Origin: Planctomycetota bacterium
GTDB lineage: Bacteria; Planctomycetota; B15-G4; SIAN01
NCBI GenBank assembly: GCA_031409275.1
Contig: JANNXA010000011.1
Location: 1-44,593 of the forward strand
Reading direction: 5' to 3'
DNA length: 44,593 bases
This document shows, piece after piece, positions 22,792 to 32,975 of this stretch. Each line of letters starts with the position of its first letter. Within the stretch, counting starts at the first letter, position 1. The position numbers and the translations under genes are program-made. The notes under the pieces were generated by a model that did not search any database, was not told the origin of the DNA, and was given only the letters and a program-made list of their open reading frames with translations.

Positions 22792-24192
22792 ATGGACGTC
22801 GCGACGCCCCGCGCCTCCACCCCCCACAAGATCGGCATCCAACGACTCGCCATCGCGCTGGCAAGCGCCTTGATGACGCTCGCCGCCGCCGAGGTCGCGC
22901 TGCGTCTCACGTTCCGCGGCGAGGTCGAGGCCTTGCTCGCAAGTCGCCGTCGCGACGTCGCCCCCGATGCCCAGGCGATCCTCTGCATCGGCGACTCCTA
23001 CACCTTCGGGCCGTACTACCGCGCCGAAGAGTCCTATCCCGGGCGTCTCGAACAACTGCTACGTTCCGGCGATCCAGCGGAAGGCGATGGCGCGGAGCGT
23101 TGGTTCGTCGAGAACGGCGGCATCCCGGCGCAGAACCTCGCGCAGGTGGCGGCACTGCTGCCCGAGCAGCTCGCGCGAATCCGGCCGAAGGCGGTGGTGA
23201 TCCTCGCGGGCTTCAACGATCGCTGGAACTTCGCCCACCCTGATCCGAGCGACCATCGCCGATTGAGCGGCGTCGGCGCGTGGATCAACGATCTCGTCCT
23301 GGTGAAGCTCTGGTGGCTCGCCACTCCCGATCGCCTGACGAAACGAGCCGACGGACACGGACGCCTGCGTCACTTCTCGAACGAGAAGATCGCCGTCGAG
23401 GGCGGCGGCGGCGTCGCCACGATCGACATCGACAAGGTCGGAGCGCGACTCGGCGACGAACCGCTCTTCAACTCAGTCACCGCGCGGTTGCGCGCCATCG
23501 TCGCGCAGGTGGCGGCGGCCGGCGCCCTCCCGCTGCTCTGCTCCTACCCCTCGCCCGAGCCCCACTTCGACGCGCCGTCGCGCGCGGCACAGGCGGTCGC
23601 GGCCGAGCGTGGGCTGCCGTTCATCGACCTGCGCGCCGCGTTCGCGCGGCAGCTCCAGCTCCATCGCTACGAAGAGCTGCTGATCCGCGGCGATCGCCAC
23701 CCGACCGACCGCGGCTACTGGCGCATGGCGGTGCTGGTCGCGCAGTCCTTGGCCGAGCATGGCATCTGGCGAGCCAACGAACCGTATGCGAGCGCGATCG
23801 CGGCGGCGACGCAGAGCGACTTCCTCGTCGCGCCGCTGCCGGAACAGCTCTACCCCGTGACGATCGCGCGCGCGCGCGGCAGCCCGGCGACGTTCGCGCT
23901 GACGGGGCCGCCCGCGGCGCACTGGAAGATCCTGCTGGCGCGCGACAAGAGTCCCGCGCAGCACTTCGGCTCGATCGACCTCGAGATGGCGGCCGACGAT
24001 CTCTTCGCCCGGTGCGTGAAGGACGATCGATGCGAGGGGACCTTCGATGCGGCGGGTCGCGCCGACTTCACCCTGCCCGATCCGCTCGCGGAGGGGGCCC
24101 GCACCATCGCCCTGGCCGTGTGGCACGACCTGATGATCGGCGCGCTCGATCGCCAGCTTCGCGGTCTCGCGGGGCCGATCGCGCTCGACTGA
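22792..24192 (+). CDS. Membrane-anchored SGNH/GDSL hydrolase family protein
   Basis: TM anchor LAIALASALMTLAAAEVALRL; block I IGDSYTFG, block II NGGIPA, block III AGFND, block V DRHP. The start could be TTG 22756 or ATG 22792. Confidence 0.85.
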   Translation: MDVATPRASTPHKIGIQRLAIALASALMTLAAAEVALRLTFRGEVEALLASRRRDVAPDAQAILCIGDSYTFGPYYRAEESYPGRLEQLLRSGDPAEGDGAERWFVENGGIPAQNLAQVAALLPEQLARIRPKAVVILAGFNDRWNFAHPDPSDHRRLSGVGAWINDLVLVKLWWLATPDRLTKRADGHGRLRHFSNEKIAVEGGGGVATIDIDKVGARLGDEPLFNSVTARLRAIVAQVAAAGALPLLCSYPSPEPHFDAPSRAAQAVAAERGLPFIDLRAAFARQLQLHRYEELLIRGDRHPTDRGYWRMAVLVAQSLAEHGIWRANEPYASAIAAATQSDFLVAPLPEQLYPVTIARARGSPATFALTGPPAAHWKILLARDKSPAQHFGSIDLEMAADDLFARCVKDDRCEGTFDAAGRADFTLPDPLAEGARTIALAVWHDLMIGALDRQLRGLAGPIALD

Positions 24193-24204
24193 GGACGCCT
24201 GCCA

Positions 24205-25572
24205 TCAGAGCAGCGCGCCGTTGCTGTCGCTGAACGACGTGCACGGCACGCCCATGCGCTGGAGCAGAGAAACGTAGAGGTTGCACAACGGCGTGCCCGC
24301 CGCGCTGCGCAGATGCGCTCCGCTGGCGAGCGGCGCGTTCCCGTTGCCGGCGCCGCGACCCGCCAGCAGCAAAGGCAGATCGTGCGGATCGTGGGAGTTG
24401 CCGTCCTTCAGCGCCGAGCCGAACAGCACGAGGCTGCGATCGAGCAGGCGCGCGCCGCCGTCGTCGATCGCCGCGAGCCGCCGCACGAAGGCGACGAACT
24501 GCTCGACGTGCCAGCGGTTGATCTTCTGGTACTGCGCCGTCTTCGCCTCGCTGCCTTCGTGGTGCGAGAGCTCGTGGTGCCCGCCCTTCACGCCGGGGAT
24601 GAAGCTCATGTCCTTCCCCGACACGGCGTTGCCGAACATGAAGGTGATGACGCGCGTCGCGTCCTGCTGCAGCGCGAGCGCCATCAAGTCGAGCATCAGC
24701 GCGACGTGGGTGGCATGGTCGCGCGGCACGCCGGCTTCGGGTGGATTCGATGCCGCGGCGGCGCCCAGCCGCGAGTCGGCGTCACCGGCCGAGCAACGCT
24801 CGATGCGCCGTTCGAGGTCGCGCACCGCATCGAAGTACTCGCGGAGCTTCGCGCGATCGGCGGCGGCGACCTGCGCTTCGAGGCGACGCGCATCGCCACG
24901 CACCACGTCGAGCACGCTCCGCTCGCGCGCCGACGTCCGCAGTTCGCTCGACCGAAACAGGCGATCGAACACGTGGCGCGGCACGATCTCCTTGGTGCAC
25001 GGCGTCGCCGGTCCGCTCCAGCTGATGTGGCCGCCATAGACGGTCGTGTAGCCCATGTCCTCGGCGGGACGCACCGGTTCGCAACCCAGCTCGAGCGACG
25101 CGAGCGGGGTCGCACCGCCCTGCGCCTGCGCCGCGACCTGGTCCATCGAGACGCCGTTCCACAAGTCGCGCCCGCCGGTGCGACGGATGCGCGCGCCGGT
25201 GAGGAAGGGCGCCGTCTTCGCGTAGTGGCCGTCGCCGTCGTTGCTGTTCTGGTTGGCCAGTCCGCTCAGCACCAGCACGTCGTCGCGCACCGGCGCGAGC
25301 GGCTCGAGCGTCGGACTCAGCGTGTAGGCCGCGCCTTCGTCGACAGGGTTCCATGCCGCCGGCCACGCCCCGTTCGCCATGTAGAGGACGACCAACCGGT
25401 TGCCGGGCGTCGGGGTCGCGCGCGTCGCCTCGCCCGGCCGCGCGCCGGCGCTCGGCAACGCGAGCCGCGCCGCGGCGAAGGCCAGCGATTCGAGCCACGG
25501 CAACGCAACGAGCGCCCCGGCTCCACGCAGGAACGCGCGGCGATTGCTCGAACGCGGCGTCGGCCGACTCAT
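24205..25572 (-). CDS. DUF1552 domain protein (Tat-exported)
   Basis: Tat signal NRRAFLRGAGALVALPWLESL, VSMDQVAA, SLELG, SVLD, DATRVITFM, HHELSHH, GNSHDPHDLPLLLAG. ATGA-coupled to the upstream gene. Confidence 0.9.
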   Translation of the reverse strand: MSRPTPRSSNRRAFLRGAGALVALPWLESLAFAAARLALPSAGARPGEATRATPTPGNRLVVLYMANGAWPAAWNPVDEGAAYTLSPTLEPLAPVRDDVLVLSGLANQNSNDGDGHYAKTAPFLTGARIRRTGGRDLWNGVSMDQVAAQAQGGATPLASLELGCEPVRPAEDMGYTTVYGGHISWSGPATPCTKEIVPRHVFDRLFRSSELRTSARERSVLDVVRGDARRLEAQVAAADRAKLREYFDAVRDLERRIERCSAGDADSRLGAAAASNPPEAGVPRDHATHVALMLDLMALALQQDATRVITFMFGNAVSGKDMSFIPGVKGGHHELSHHEGSEAKTAQYQKINRWHVEQFVAFVRRLAAIDDGGARLLDRSLVLFGSALKDGNSHDPHDLPLLLAGRGAGNGNAPLASGAHLRSAAGTPLCNLYVSLLQRMGVPCTSFSDSNGALL

Positions 25573-27473
25573 CGCAATCCTCCTTCGACGACGCGAAGGT
25601 AGCGGAAGGGGCGACTGGTGACGATCCCTTCGACGAAACGGCTGAAGCGCGCGCCATCCGCTTGCGCCGTCGCGACGATCGACTCGATCTCCGCTTCGTC
25701 GAGGAAGTCGGGCGGCCGCCCCACCGCGAAGGTGAACAGGCGGCGCGTGAAGGCGCGCAGGAAGTCGAGTTCGTGCGCGCGCAGCCACTCCTTCAATCCC
25801 GCCGGCCCGTCGAGCACGCGGCCGTCGGGCAACCGCGCGCGCGCATCGAGCGGCGTCGCCTTGCCGCCGGCAACGTCGGGCGGCGCTTCGAGCTGCTCGC
25901 GCCAGGCGCCGATCGCGTCGAAGTTCTCGAGCGCGAACCCGAGCGCGTCCATCGTCGCGTGGCAGGCGGCGCACGCTGGATCGGCGCGATGCTGCTCGAG
26001 CCGCTGGCGCAACGTCAGCGCATCGCCCTGGCGATCGTCCTTCGGCAGCGCCGGCACGTTCGCGGGGGGCGGCGGCGGCGGCTGATCGAGCAGCGTCTCG
26101 AGGATCCACTTGCCGCGCAGCACGGGACTGGTGCGCAGCGGATACGAGGTGAGCGTGAGGATCGCCCCCATGCCGAGCAGTCCGCCGCGCCGCTGATCGG
26201 GCAGCACCACGCGTTGCCACCCGCCTCCGTCTGGCGCCGGCAGGTCGTAGAGCGCGGCCAGCGGCGCGTCGAGCAGCGTCGAATCGCTGTCGAGCAGCTC
26301 GACCACGCTGCGATCCTCGGCGACCATCGCCGCGAAGACGCGCGCCGGCTGCTCGTAGAGCGATTCGCGCAGACCGCCGGCGAAGAAGCGGCCAAAGCGC
26401 CGGATGTCGACCGCGACGTCTCGGATCGCCCCGAAGCCCAGCCAGGTCGCCGCGAAGTGGTCGGCCAACGTGCGCGCACCCGGCGCGGCGAGCAGTCGGC
26501 GCGTCTGCGCCAGCAGGACTTCCAGATCGCGCAACCGCCCGCTGCGGGCGCACTCGAACAGCTCCCGGTCCGGCAGGCTCGAGGTCAGGAAAAAGGAGAG
26601 ACGCGTGGCGAGCTCGAAGTCGGTGAGCGGACGCACGCCGTCCTGTTCGCGAGTCGGGTCGCCGATCTCGGGGCGAAAGAGGAAGTCGGGCGCCAGCAGG
26701 ATCGACCGCAGCACGGCGCCCAGCGCCGCAAGACTCGAACTTCCATCGCCCTGCTGCGCGCGGAACAGTTCGAGACGCGACTCGAGTTCGGGAACGTCGA
26801 TCGGTCGACGGAACGCCCGCTCCATCAGCGGCGCGACGATCGCTCGCGCCGCCTCCCCATCGAGCACGCCGCCGCGCGCGAACGCCGGCTCCAGCAGCGC
26901 GGCTCGGCGCGCCTCGTCCGCGAAGAGGCGCGTGACGAGTTCGTGGCTCGCCTCGACGTACTTCTCGAAGAGCATCGGCGGCAGCGCCATGACGTCGCCG
27001 AGATCGTCGACGCCGTGCGCCACGAGGTCGGCAGGAAAGAGCGCGCTCGAGTCGTAGTCGATGCCCAACAGATCGTGCACGCTGCGATCGAACTCGAAAC
27101 GACCGAGCCGACGCAGCGTCACGCGGCCCGGGTCCTCCTCTTCGCCTGGCTCGCGCTCCACGAGCGTCGCGCGCAACTCCGCCGCGAACGCCACACGCTC
27201 CTCGTCGGAGAGCGGCGGCTTGCTGGACGGCGGCATCGTGCCGGCCTCGACGCGCGCGAGCGCCTTGGTCCACGCACGGCCGGAGGCGCGCAAGGAGCGG
27301 CCATCGAAAGCGGCGGCCAGGTCGACGCCCGCCTTCGCGCTCGCACCGCGATGGCAGCTCGCGCAGTGCTGCTCGACGCGCGGCGCGAGCTGCGCGAACG
27401 GCGACTCGCCGTCCCCGCGCCCGATGACCGCCGGCAACCACCACAGCTTCCAGCCGTTCACGCGGCGATCCAT
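25569..27473 (-). CDS. DUF1587/DUF1595/DUF1592/DUF1588/DUF1585 planctomycete cytochrome c protein
   Basis: Two heme-binding motifs (CASCH, CAACH), MPP, LRRLGRFEF, RAFRRP, ELATRLSFFL, RTSPVLRGKWIL, GFALENFDAIGAWR. Confidence 0.92.
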   Translation of the reverse strand: MDRRVNGWKLWWLPAVIGRGDGESPFAQLAPRVEQHCASCHRGASAKAGVDLAAAFDGRSLRASGRAWTKALARVEAGTMPPSSKPPLSDEERVAFAAELRATLVEREPGEEEDPGRVTLRRLGRFEFDRSVHDLLGIDYDSSALFPADLVAHGVDDLGDVMALPPMLFEKYVEASHELVTRLFADEARRAALLEPAFARGGVLDGEAARAIVAPLMERAFRRPIDVPELESRLELFRAQQGDGSSSLAALGAVLRSILLAPDFLFRPEIGDPTREQDGVRPLTDFELATRLSFFLTSSLPDRELFECARSGRLRDLEVLLAQTRRLLAAPGARTLADHFAATWLGFGAIRDVAVDIRRFGRFFAGGLRESLYEQPARVFAAMVAEDRSVVELLDSDSTLLDAPLAALYDLPAPDGGGWQRVVLPDQRRGGLLGMGAILTLTSYPLRTSPVLRGKWILETLLDQPPPPPPANVPALPKDDRQGDALTLRQRLEQHRADPACAACHATMDALGFALENFDAIGAWREQLEAPPDVAGGKATPLDARARLPDGRVLDGPAGLKEWLRAHELDFLRAFTRRLFTFAVGRPPDFLDEAEIESIVATAQADGARFSRFVEGIVTSRPFRYLRVVEGGLR

Positions 27474-27607
27474 TTGCTCCGGGCGCTCCGTCAGGAACTC
27501 GCAACGAACCGGCGGGCAAGGCGTAATAGCACGTCACCTGGCGCAGCGCGCCTCGGCGGAATCGACGCCGCGGACGCCGCGCCCCTCTCCCTGCCAGAAG
27601 GACCATC

Positions 27608-28186
27608 ATGAAGAACTGGAATTCTGCCGTGCTCGCCGTCGCGCTCGGTGCCGCCACGCTCGGCTGGGTCGCGCGCCCCTCCGTGTCCGCTTCCGCGCAG
27701 GACGCCCCTCCCGCGGTCGTCCCCTCTGCGGAGCACAAGTTCCTCGAACGCTACGTCGGCACGTGGGACGCCGTGATGGAGATGGCGTCGATGGACGGCT
27801 CGCCAGCCGAGAAGAGCAAGGCGAGCGCGACCTGCAAGCTGACCTGCGGCGGCCTCTGGCTCGTGACCGATTTCAGCGGCACGTTCATGGGCGGTCCGTT
27901 CACGGGCCACGAAGTGACCGGCTACGACCCGATCACGAAGAAGTATCAGGTCAGCTGGTTCGACTCGATGTCGCCGACCGCATTCACCGGCACCGGCTCC
28001 TTCGACGCCGCGACCACGACGCTCCACAACTGGATGAGCGGCCACGATGCGACCGGCCAGCCGAGCGAGCACCACGGCACCGACGTCTGGAGCGATGCCG
28101 ATCACCGCAAGTGGACCATGTGGATGAAGGGCCCGGACGGAAGTGAATTCCCGGCCATGACGATCACCTACTCGCGGCGCAAGTGA
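27608..28186 (+). CDS. DUF1579 family exported protein
   Basis: Signal peptide, EHKFLERYVGTW, GGLWL, FTGHEVTGYDPITKKYQVSWFDSM, MTITYSR; SD AGGA. Confidence 0.85.
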   Translation: MKNWNSAVLAVALGAATLGWVARPSVSASAQDAPPAVVPSAEHKFLERYVGTWDAVMEMASMDGSPAEKSKASATCKLTCGGLWLVTDFSGTFMGGPFTGHEVTGYDPITKKYQVSWFDSMSPTAFTGTGSFDAATTTLHNWMSGHDATGQPSEHHGTDVWSDADHRKWTMWMKGPDGSEFPAMTITYSRRK

Positions 28187-28263
28187 GACGGGTACCGCTC
28201 GGTGACGGCGGCGTCTGCCTCTCGCTAGAGATGCGCGACACGCCGTCCCGAGCGGTGACTTGA

Positions 28264-30213
28264 ATGACCCGGCAGAAACCGATCGAACCCGCCGCCCCTC
28301 GTCCCGCAGTCGAGCGGGCGCTTCCATGGACGCAGCGACTCTCGCTCACGGTGGCGATCGGCGCCGCGAGCCTCGCCCTGACGCTGCTGGTGGTCATGCT
28401 GCTGCGCGCGGCCGAGCTGACTCGGTTCACCATGCGCTTCCAGGATCAAGCCAGGGAGCACATCGCGGAAGTGCGACGCACGCTCGAGCACGAGGTGGAA
28501 CTGCTGCGCGCAGTCGCCGCGGTCATCGATGCCAGCGAGTCGGTCCGCGCACCGCACTTCGAACGCGTCATCGAACGCGGGCTCGGCGCCGACAGCGACT
28601 TCGTCTCGATCTCCTACCTGCGCCGGGTGCCTGGGATCGAGCGGGCGGCGTTCGAAGCCGCCGCGGACGGCGGCGATTCGCTGCATCCGATTCTCGAACT
28701 CGACCCGAGCGGCAAGTTGGTGCCGGCGGCGCGTCGACCCGAGCACTTCCCGGTGGCGCTCTGCATTTCGCGACTCGGCGACGCCGCCGAGCGCGCCGAG
28801 CTTGGCCTCGACTACGCCTCGATGCCGACGTTGCGCGACGCGATGGATCAGGCGCTGCGCAGCGCCACGATGGTGGCCGCCGGACCGCTGACGATCGATC
28901 ACCGTGGCGAGTCGACGATCTACCTGTTCCAACCGCTCTATGCCGGCAACGACGTCCCGGCGAGCGAAGCGGAACGCGAGATGCGGCTGGAAGGCTTCGC
29001 AGTCGCCGTGCTGCCGATCGAGGCGACGCTGCGGCGCGTGCTCGCCGCAGCCGACCTGAATGGCATGCGCCTGCAGGTGTGGGCCGGCGAGTCCGAGCAG
29101 GCGCTGCAACCGGTCTACGGCAGCGACCTCGAGGTCGTCGGCGACGCGCTGCTCGCCGAACTCGAGGCCGACTCGCTGTCCTACTCGCTCCCGTGGAGCC
29201 TCGGCGGCATGCGTTGGTGCGCCGTCGCTCTGCCATCCACGCACTCGCGCAGCCGGGACGGCGTGCAGTGGAGCTGGCTCGCGCTGGCGCTCGGACTGCT
29301 GCTGACCGCGGGGGTGACCACGGCGGCGGCACGCGTCTCCGGCGAACGGCGGCGCCTGTCGCACGAAGTGCGGCAGTTCTGGCGGCTGTCGGCGGAGCTG
29401 CTCGCGGTCGCCGATCGCCAAGGAGTGTTGCGTCGCATCAACCCGGCGTGGAGCGCGCTGCACGGCGGCCACGAAGACGAACTCCTCGGCCGCTCGATCA
29501 TCGACCTCATCCATCCCGAGGATCGCGTCGCCACCATCGCCTTGCTCAGCAAGCTGCGCAGCGCGACGGCGACGCTGCAATTCGAGGCGCGCCTGCAAGG
29601 AGGGAACGGGCGCTGGCGATGGTTCCAGTGGAGCGCGGCGCCCGACGAGGCGAGCGATTCGGTCCACCTGGTCGCGCACGACGTGACCGAACAGCGCCAG
29701 ACGCTCGCGGAGCTCGAGCGCCGGGCGACCATCGACCCGCTCACCAACGTGCTCACGCGGCGCGCGCTGTTCGAGCGGCTCGGCCTCGAGATCCGCCGCG
29801 CCAAGCGCTACAGCGCACCGCTCTCGCTGGCCGTCCTTGACCTCGACCAGTTCAAGGAAGTGAACGACCACCACGGGCACGGCACCGGCGACGAGATGCT
29901 CCGCCGCCTCGGCCAGCTGCTACGCAAATCGCTGCGCGAGACCGACCTCGCCGGGCGAATCGGCGGCGATGAGTTCGTCGTCGTGATGCCGCAGACCGAC
30001 CTCGACGATGCGCGGCGCGCGGCCGCCCGCCTGCTGCGCGCGCTCCACGACGACCCGGGCATTCCCACCGACGGCGGCGCGCGCCTTCCGGTCCGCGCCA
30101 GCCTCGGCGTCGCCACGCTCGGCCCTGACGTGAAGGACGCGACCGCTCTGGTCGCGCTGGCCGACGACGCGCTCTACGACGCGAAGGGGAAAGGGCGCGG
30201 CCGCGTGGCGTGA
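28264..30213 (+). CDS. CHASE-PAS-GGDEF diguanylate cyclase
   Basis: Two TM helices flank a CHASE-like domain (EHFPV...LGLD). PAS domain (INPAW...IHPED), then DLDQFKEVNDHHGHGTGDEML, I-site RETD and intact RIGGDEF. Confidence 0.92.
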   Translation: MTRQKPIEPAAPRPAVERALPWTQRLSLTVAIGAASLALTLLVVMLLRAAELTRFTMRFQDQAREHIAEVRRTLEHEVELLRAVAAVIDASESVRAPHFERVIERGLGADSDFVSISYLRRVPGIERAAFEAAADGGDSLHPILELDPSGKLVPAARRPEHFPVALCISRLGDAAERAELGLDYASMPTLRDAMDQALRSATMVAAGPLTIDHRGESTIYLFQPLYAGNDVPASEAEREMRLEGFAVAVLPIEATLRRVLAAADLNGMRLQVWAGESEQALQPVYGSDLEVVGDALLAELEADSLSYSLPWSLGGMRWCAVALPSTHSRSRDGVQWSWLALALGLLLTAGVTTAAARVSGERRRLSHEVRQFWRLSAELLAVADRQGVLRRINPAWSALHGGHEDELLGRSIIDLIHPEDRVATIALLSKLRSATATLQFEARLQGGNGRWRWFQWSAAPDEASDSVHLVAHDVTEQRQTLAELERRATIDPLTNVLTRRALFERLGLEIRRAKRYSAPLSLAVLDLDQFKEVNDHHGHGTGDEMLRRLGQLLRKSLRETDLAGRIGGDEFVVVMPQTDLDDARRAAARLLRALHDDPGIPTDGGARLPVRASLGVATLGPDVKDATALVALADDALYDAKGKGRGRVA

Positions 30214-30245
30214 ACCGGTTCTGGTCGCGGCATGCTTCCTAGGAC

Positions 30246-32966
30246 ATGAGCGCGCCCGCCCCTGACGCCCACGCGAACGATCGCCAACCGCCGCTGGCCG
30301 AACTCGGCCTCGCCGCGCTGCTCGACGAGCGCCGCTGGCTGCGCCGCCTCGCCGGATCGTTGGTCATCGACGCCGCGCAAGCCGACGACCTGACGCAGGA
30401 GACGTTGCGCGTCGCGCTCGAGCGGCCGCCTCGTGACGCCCGCCACCCGCGCGCCTGGCTTGCGACCGTCGTGCGCCACCTGGCGCGGCGGTTTCGCATC
30501 GCCGGTGAGCAGCGGATCGCGCGCGAGAGGAGCACCGCCCCCGCCGAAGCGATCGCGGCGGCTGACGAGGTGGTCGCGCGCGCTGAACTGCAGCACGTCG
30601 TGTCGGCCGCCGTGCTCGCGCTGCCCGAGCCCTATCGCACGGCGCTGCTGCTTCGTTTCGTCGACGATCTGCCGCCACGCACCATCGCCGAGCGCCTCGC
30701 CGTGCCGGTGGAAACGGTGCGCACGCGACTGAAGCGTGGCCTTGGACTGCTGCGCGAGGAGCTGACGCGTGCGCGCGGCCGGCCCGCGCGCGAGTGGGCG
30801 GTCGCGTTGATCGGACTTCTGGATCACGGCACGCGCCGCGCCGTCGTACGGGCGGTCGCATCGCTCTCGAAAGCGGGTACGGGAGTCGGGACAGCTGCTG
30901 GCGCCGCCGCGGCGACCACGTTGGCGGTCTCAGGAGCGCTCTGGATGTCGACCAAACTGAAGCTCGCCGCGGCGGCCGTCCTGGTGGTCGGCGGATCGTT
31001 CGCCGTCGCCAAGCTGCTCGAGCCGCCACAACTGCCGCGCGCCGAAGGCGCCGACTCGCAGCGGCGCGAGGCCGCGCGCCTTGCGGCACCGGCCGACAGC
31101 GACCCGACCCCGCTCGCCACGCCGGTCGTTGCGGAACGCATCGAAACCCCGACGGCGGCTCCAGTGCCATCGACGGCAGGCAGCGTCGAAGCCACCGTCC
31201 CGACCACCTGTCGCGTCGAGGGTCGCGTGGTCGACGCGCGCGGCGCGCCCTGCCCCGACGCGCTCGTGCTGTTCGAGCCGGCGCGTGCCGCGCCGCGACT
31301 CGTCCCGCTGCCCGCGTTCTGTTCGCTGCTCGATGAACTGCCGCACGACCTCGAGGCGATTCGCGATCAGATCGACCTGCCGTTCGCCATCACCGGCAGC
31401 GACGGGACCTTCCGCTTCGACGCGCTGCCCGCCACCGCCAACGGCAGCTTCGCAGCGCTCCACCTCGAGGCCGGAATGGCAGTCGCAGGCGGGACTCCGG
31501 TCGATCCAGCCCATCCGCCCGCACCGCTCGAGCTGCGCCTGATCGACGGCGTCGTGCTCTCGGGCGAGGTGCGCGAGCTCGATGGCACACCGATCGGCGG
31601 CGCGCAGTTGATGGTCATGGCCTGGCCTGCGCCTGGCGCGACGAGCGGCGGCTTCTCGCTCTGTTCGGTGGCAACGGGCGCGGATGGCCGCTACCGCTCG
31701 CTGCCGTTGCCCTACCGCGGCCTGTCGCTGCAGTGCTGGGCGAACGATCACGCCAGCGAGGAGCGCTTCCCGCTGGCGATCCCTCCCGACGAGCGCGAGC
31801 ATCGCGAGGACTTCGTGCTCGCGCGGATCGTCGCGTGGACCGGCCGCGTCGTGCAAGCGGATGGCTCGGCCGCGCCGCTGCGTGACATCGCTCGCGAGCT
31901 TTTCTTCTGCGCTTCGTCGCTCGAACCGGTCGACGACGAAGGCGACCCGCGCAAATTCGGCGGCGGCGATCTCGACGTCGCGAACGCGCGCTACTCATGC
32001 AAGGGCGAGCGCGTCGAGTGGGTGTCGCTGTGGTGCGAGGAAACGCTGCTCGGCAAAGCGAAGCTGGCCACCACCGGTGAGCCAGGCGTCGGCCCCGACC
32101 TCGTCGTCGACCTCGCGAAGATCCCGCCGCCGCCGCCGCGATCGACGCTGGCGATCGAGGTCGTCGATGGCGCCAGCGGCGAGCCGGTCGTGGACTTCAC
32201 GCTCGCCCTGGGGCGCCACTTCCAGGAGACGCTCGGCGGCGGCGACGCGCCCGTTCGAGTGCAGGGAGGTGAAGCCGCGCTGGAGTTTCCGGGACTCCTG
32301 CTCGGCCGCTACGAGGCCGAAGTGCGCGCGGAGGGTTTTGTTCCACGCCTCGTCACGCTGGTCCTTGACGCCGCACCGCGCACCGCTGCGCAGCGAATCG
32401 AGCTGTTCCGCGCGACCGAGACGATCGCGGGCCACGTGGTCGACGCGCAAGGGCGGCCGCTGGCGGGAATGCAGGTCGACCTGCTGATGCCCGATGGCGC
32501 GGTCGCGCTGCCGAATCCCGAGTACCGGGTCGTCACCAACATCGAAGGCGCGTTCGCGTTCACCAGCATCACCGCCGGCACCTACCTGCTGAATGCCCAT
32601 GCGACGGCGCGAGAAGCCGACAACGCGCCTGCGCCCGCCATCGTCTCGGCGCGCGCCGGCGATCGCGACGTGCGCGTCGTGATGGCGCCGGCACTGCTCG
32701 TGACGGTGCAGATCCGCTTCCCGCCCGGGATCTTCCCGGAGTTCCAGAAGCTGGTGCGCGACGAAGCGGGCCGCCCGATCCTCGACGACTACCGCCCAAA
32801 CGCCTGGATGCGCTGCGCCGGCAACCAAGCGCAACTTCGGCTCGCGCCGGGCGCCTACACGATCGAGCTGCTGGCGCCAAACCACCGCTGCGACCCGGTC
32901 CGCTTCGTCGCCGTCGATGGCGGCGAGGTCACCGTCGAGATGGTGAAGAAGCCGAAGTCACGATGA
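30246..32966 (+). CDS. ECF sigma factor with a TM segment and a long C-terminal carboxypeptidase-regulatory-like extension
   Basis: Region 2 ADDLTQET...AWLATVVRH and region 4 LPEPYRTALLLRF...VETVRTRLKRG. Hydrophobic segment around MSTKLKLAAAAVLVVGG, then repeated GRVVD..G.P beta-sandwich motifs. Confidence 0.9.
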   Translation: MSAPAPDAHANDRQPPLAELGLAALLDERRWLRRLAGSLVIDAAQADDLTQETLRVALERPPRDARHPRAWLATVVRHLARRFRIAGEQRIARERSTAPAEAIAAADEVVARAELQHVVSAAVLALPEPYRTALLLRFVDDLPPRTIAERLAVPVETVRTRLKRGLGLLREELTRARGRPAREWAVALIGLLDHGTRRAVVRAVASLSKAGTGVGTAAGAAAATTLAVSGALWMSTKLKLAAAAVLVVGGSFAVAKLLEPPQLPRAEGADSQRREAARLAAPADSDPTPLATPVVAERIETPTAAPVPSTAGSVEATVPTTCRVEGRVVDARGAPCPDALVLFEPARAAPRLVPLPAFCSLLDELPHDLEAIRDQIDLPFAITGSDGTFRFDALPATANGSFAALHLEAGMAVAGGTPVDPAHPPAPLELRLIDGVVLSGEVRELDGTPIGGAQLMVMAWPAPGATSGGFSLCSVATGADGRYRSLPLPYRGLSLQCWANDHASEERFPLAIPPDEREHREDFVLARIVAWTGRVVQADGSAAPLRDIARELFFCASSLEPVDDEGDPRKFGGGDLDVANARYSCKGERVEWVSLWCEETLLGKAKLATTGEPGVGPDLVVDLAKIPPPPPRSTLAIEVVDGASGEPVVDFTLALGRHFQETLGGGDAPVRVQGGEAALEFPGLLLGRYEAEVRAEGFVPRLVTLVLDAAPRTAAQRIELFRATETIAGHVVDAQGRPLAGMQVDLLMPDGAVALPNPEYRVVTNIEGAFAFTSITAGTYLLNAHATAREADNAPAPAIVSARAGDRDVRVVMAPALLVTVQIRFPPGIFPEFQKLVRDEAGRPILDDYRPNAWMRCAGNQAQLRLAPGAYTIELLAPNHRCDPVRFVAVDGGEVTVEMVKKPKSR

Positions 32967-32975
32967 GCCGCAGCA

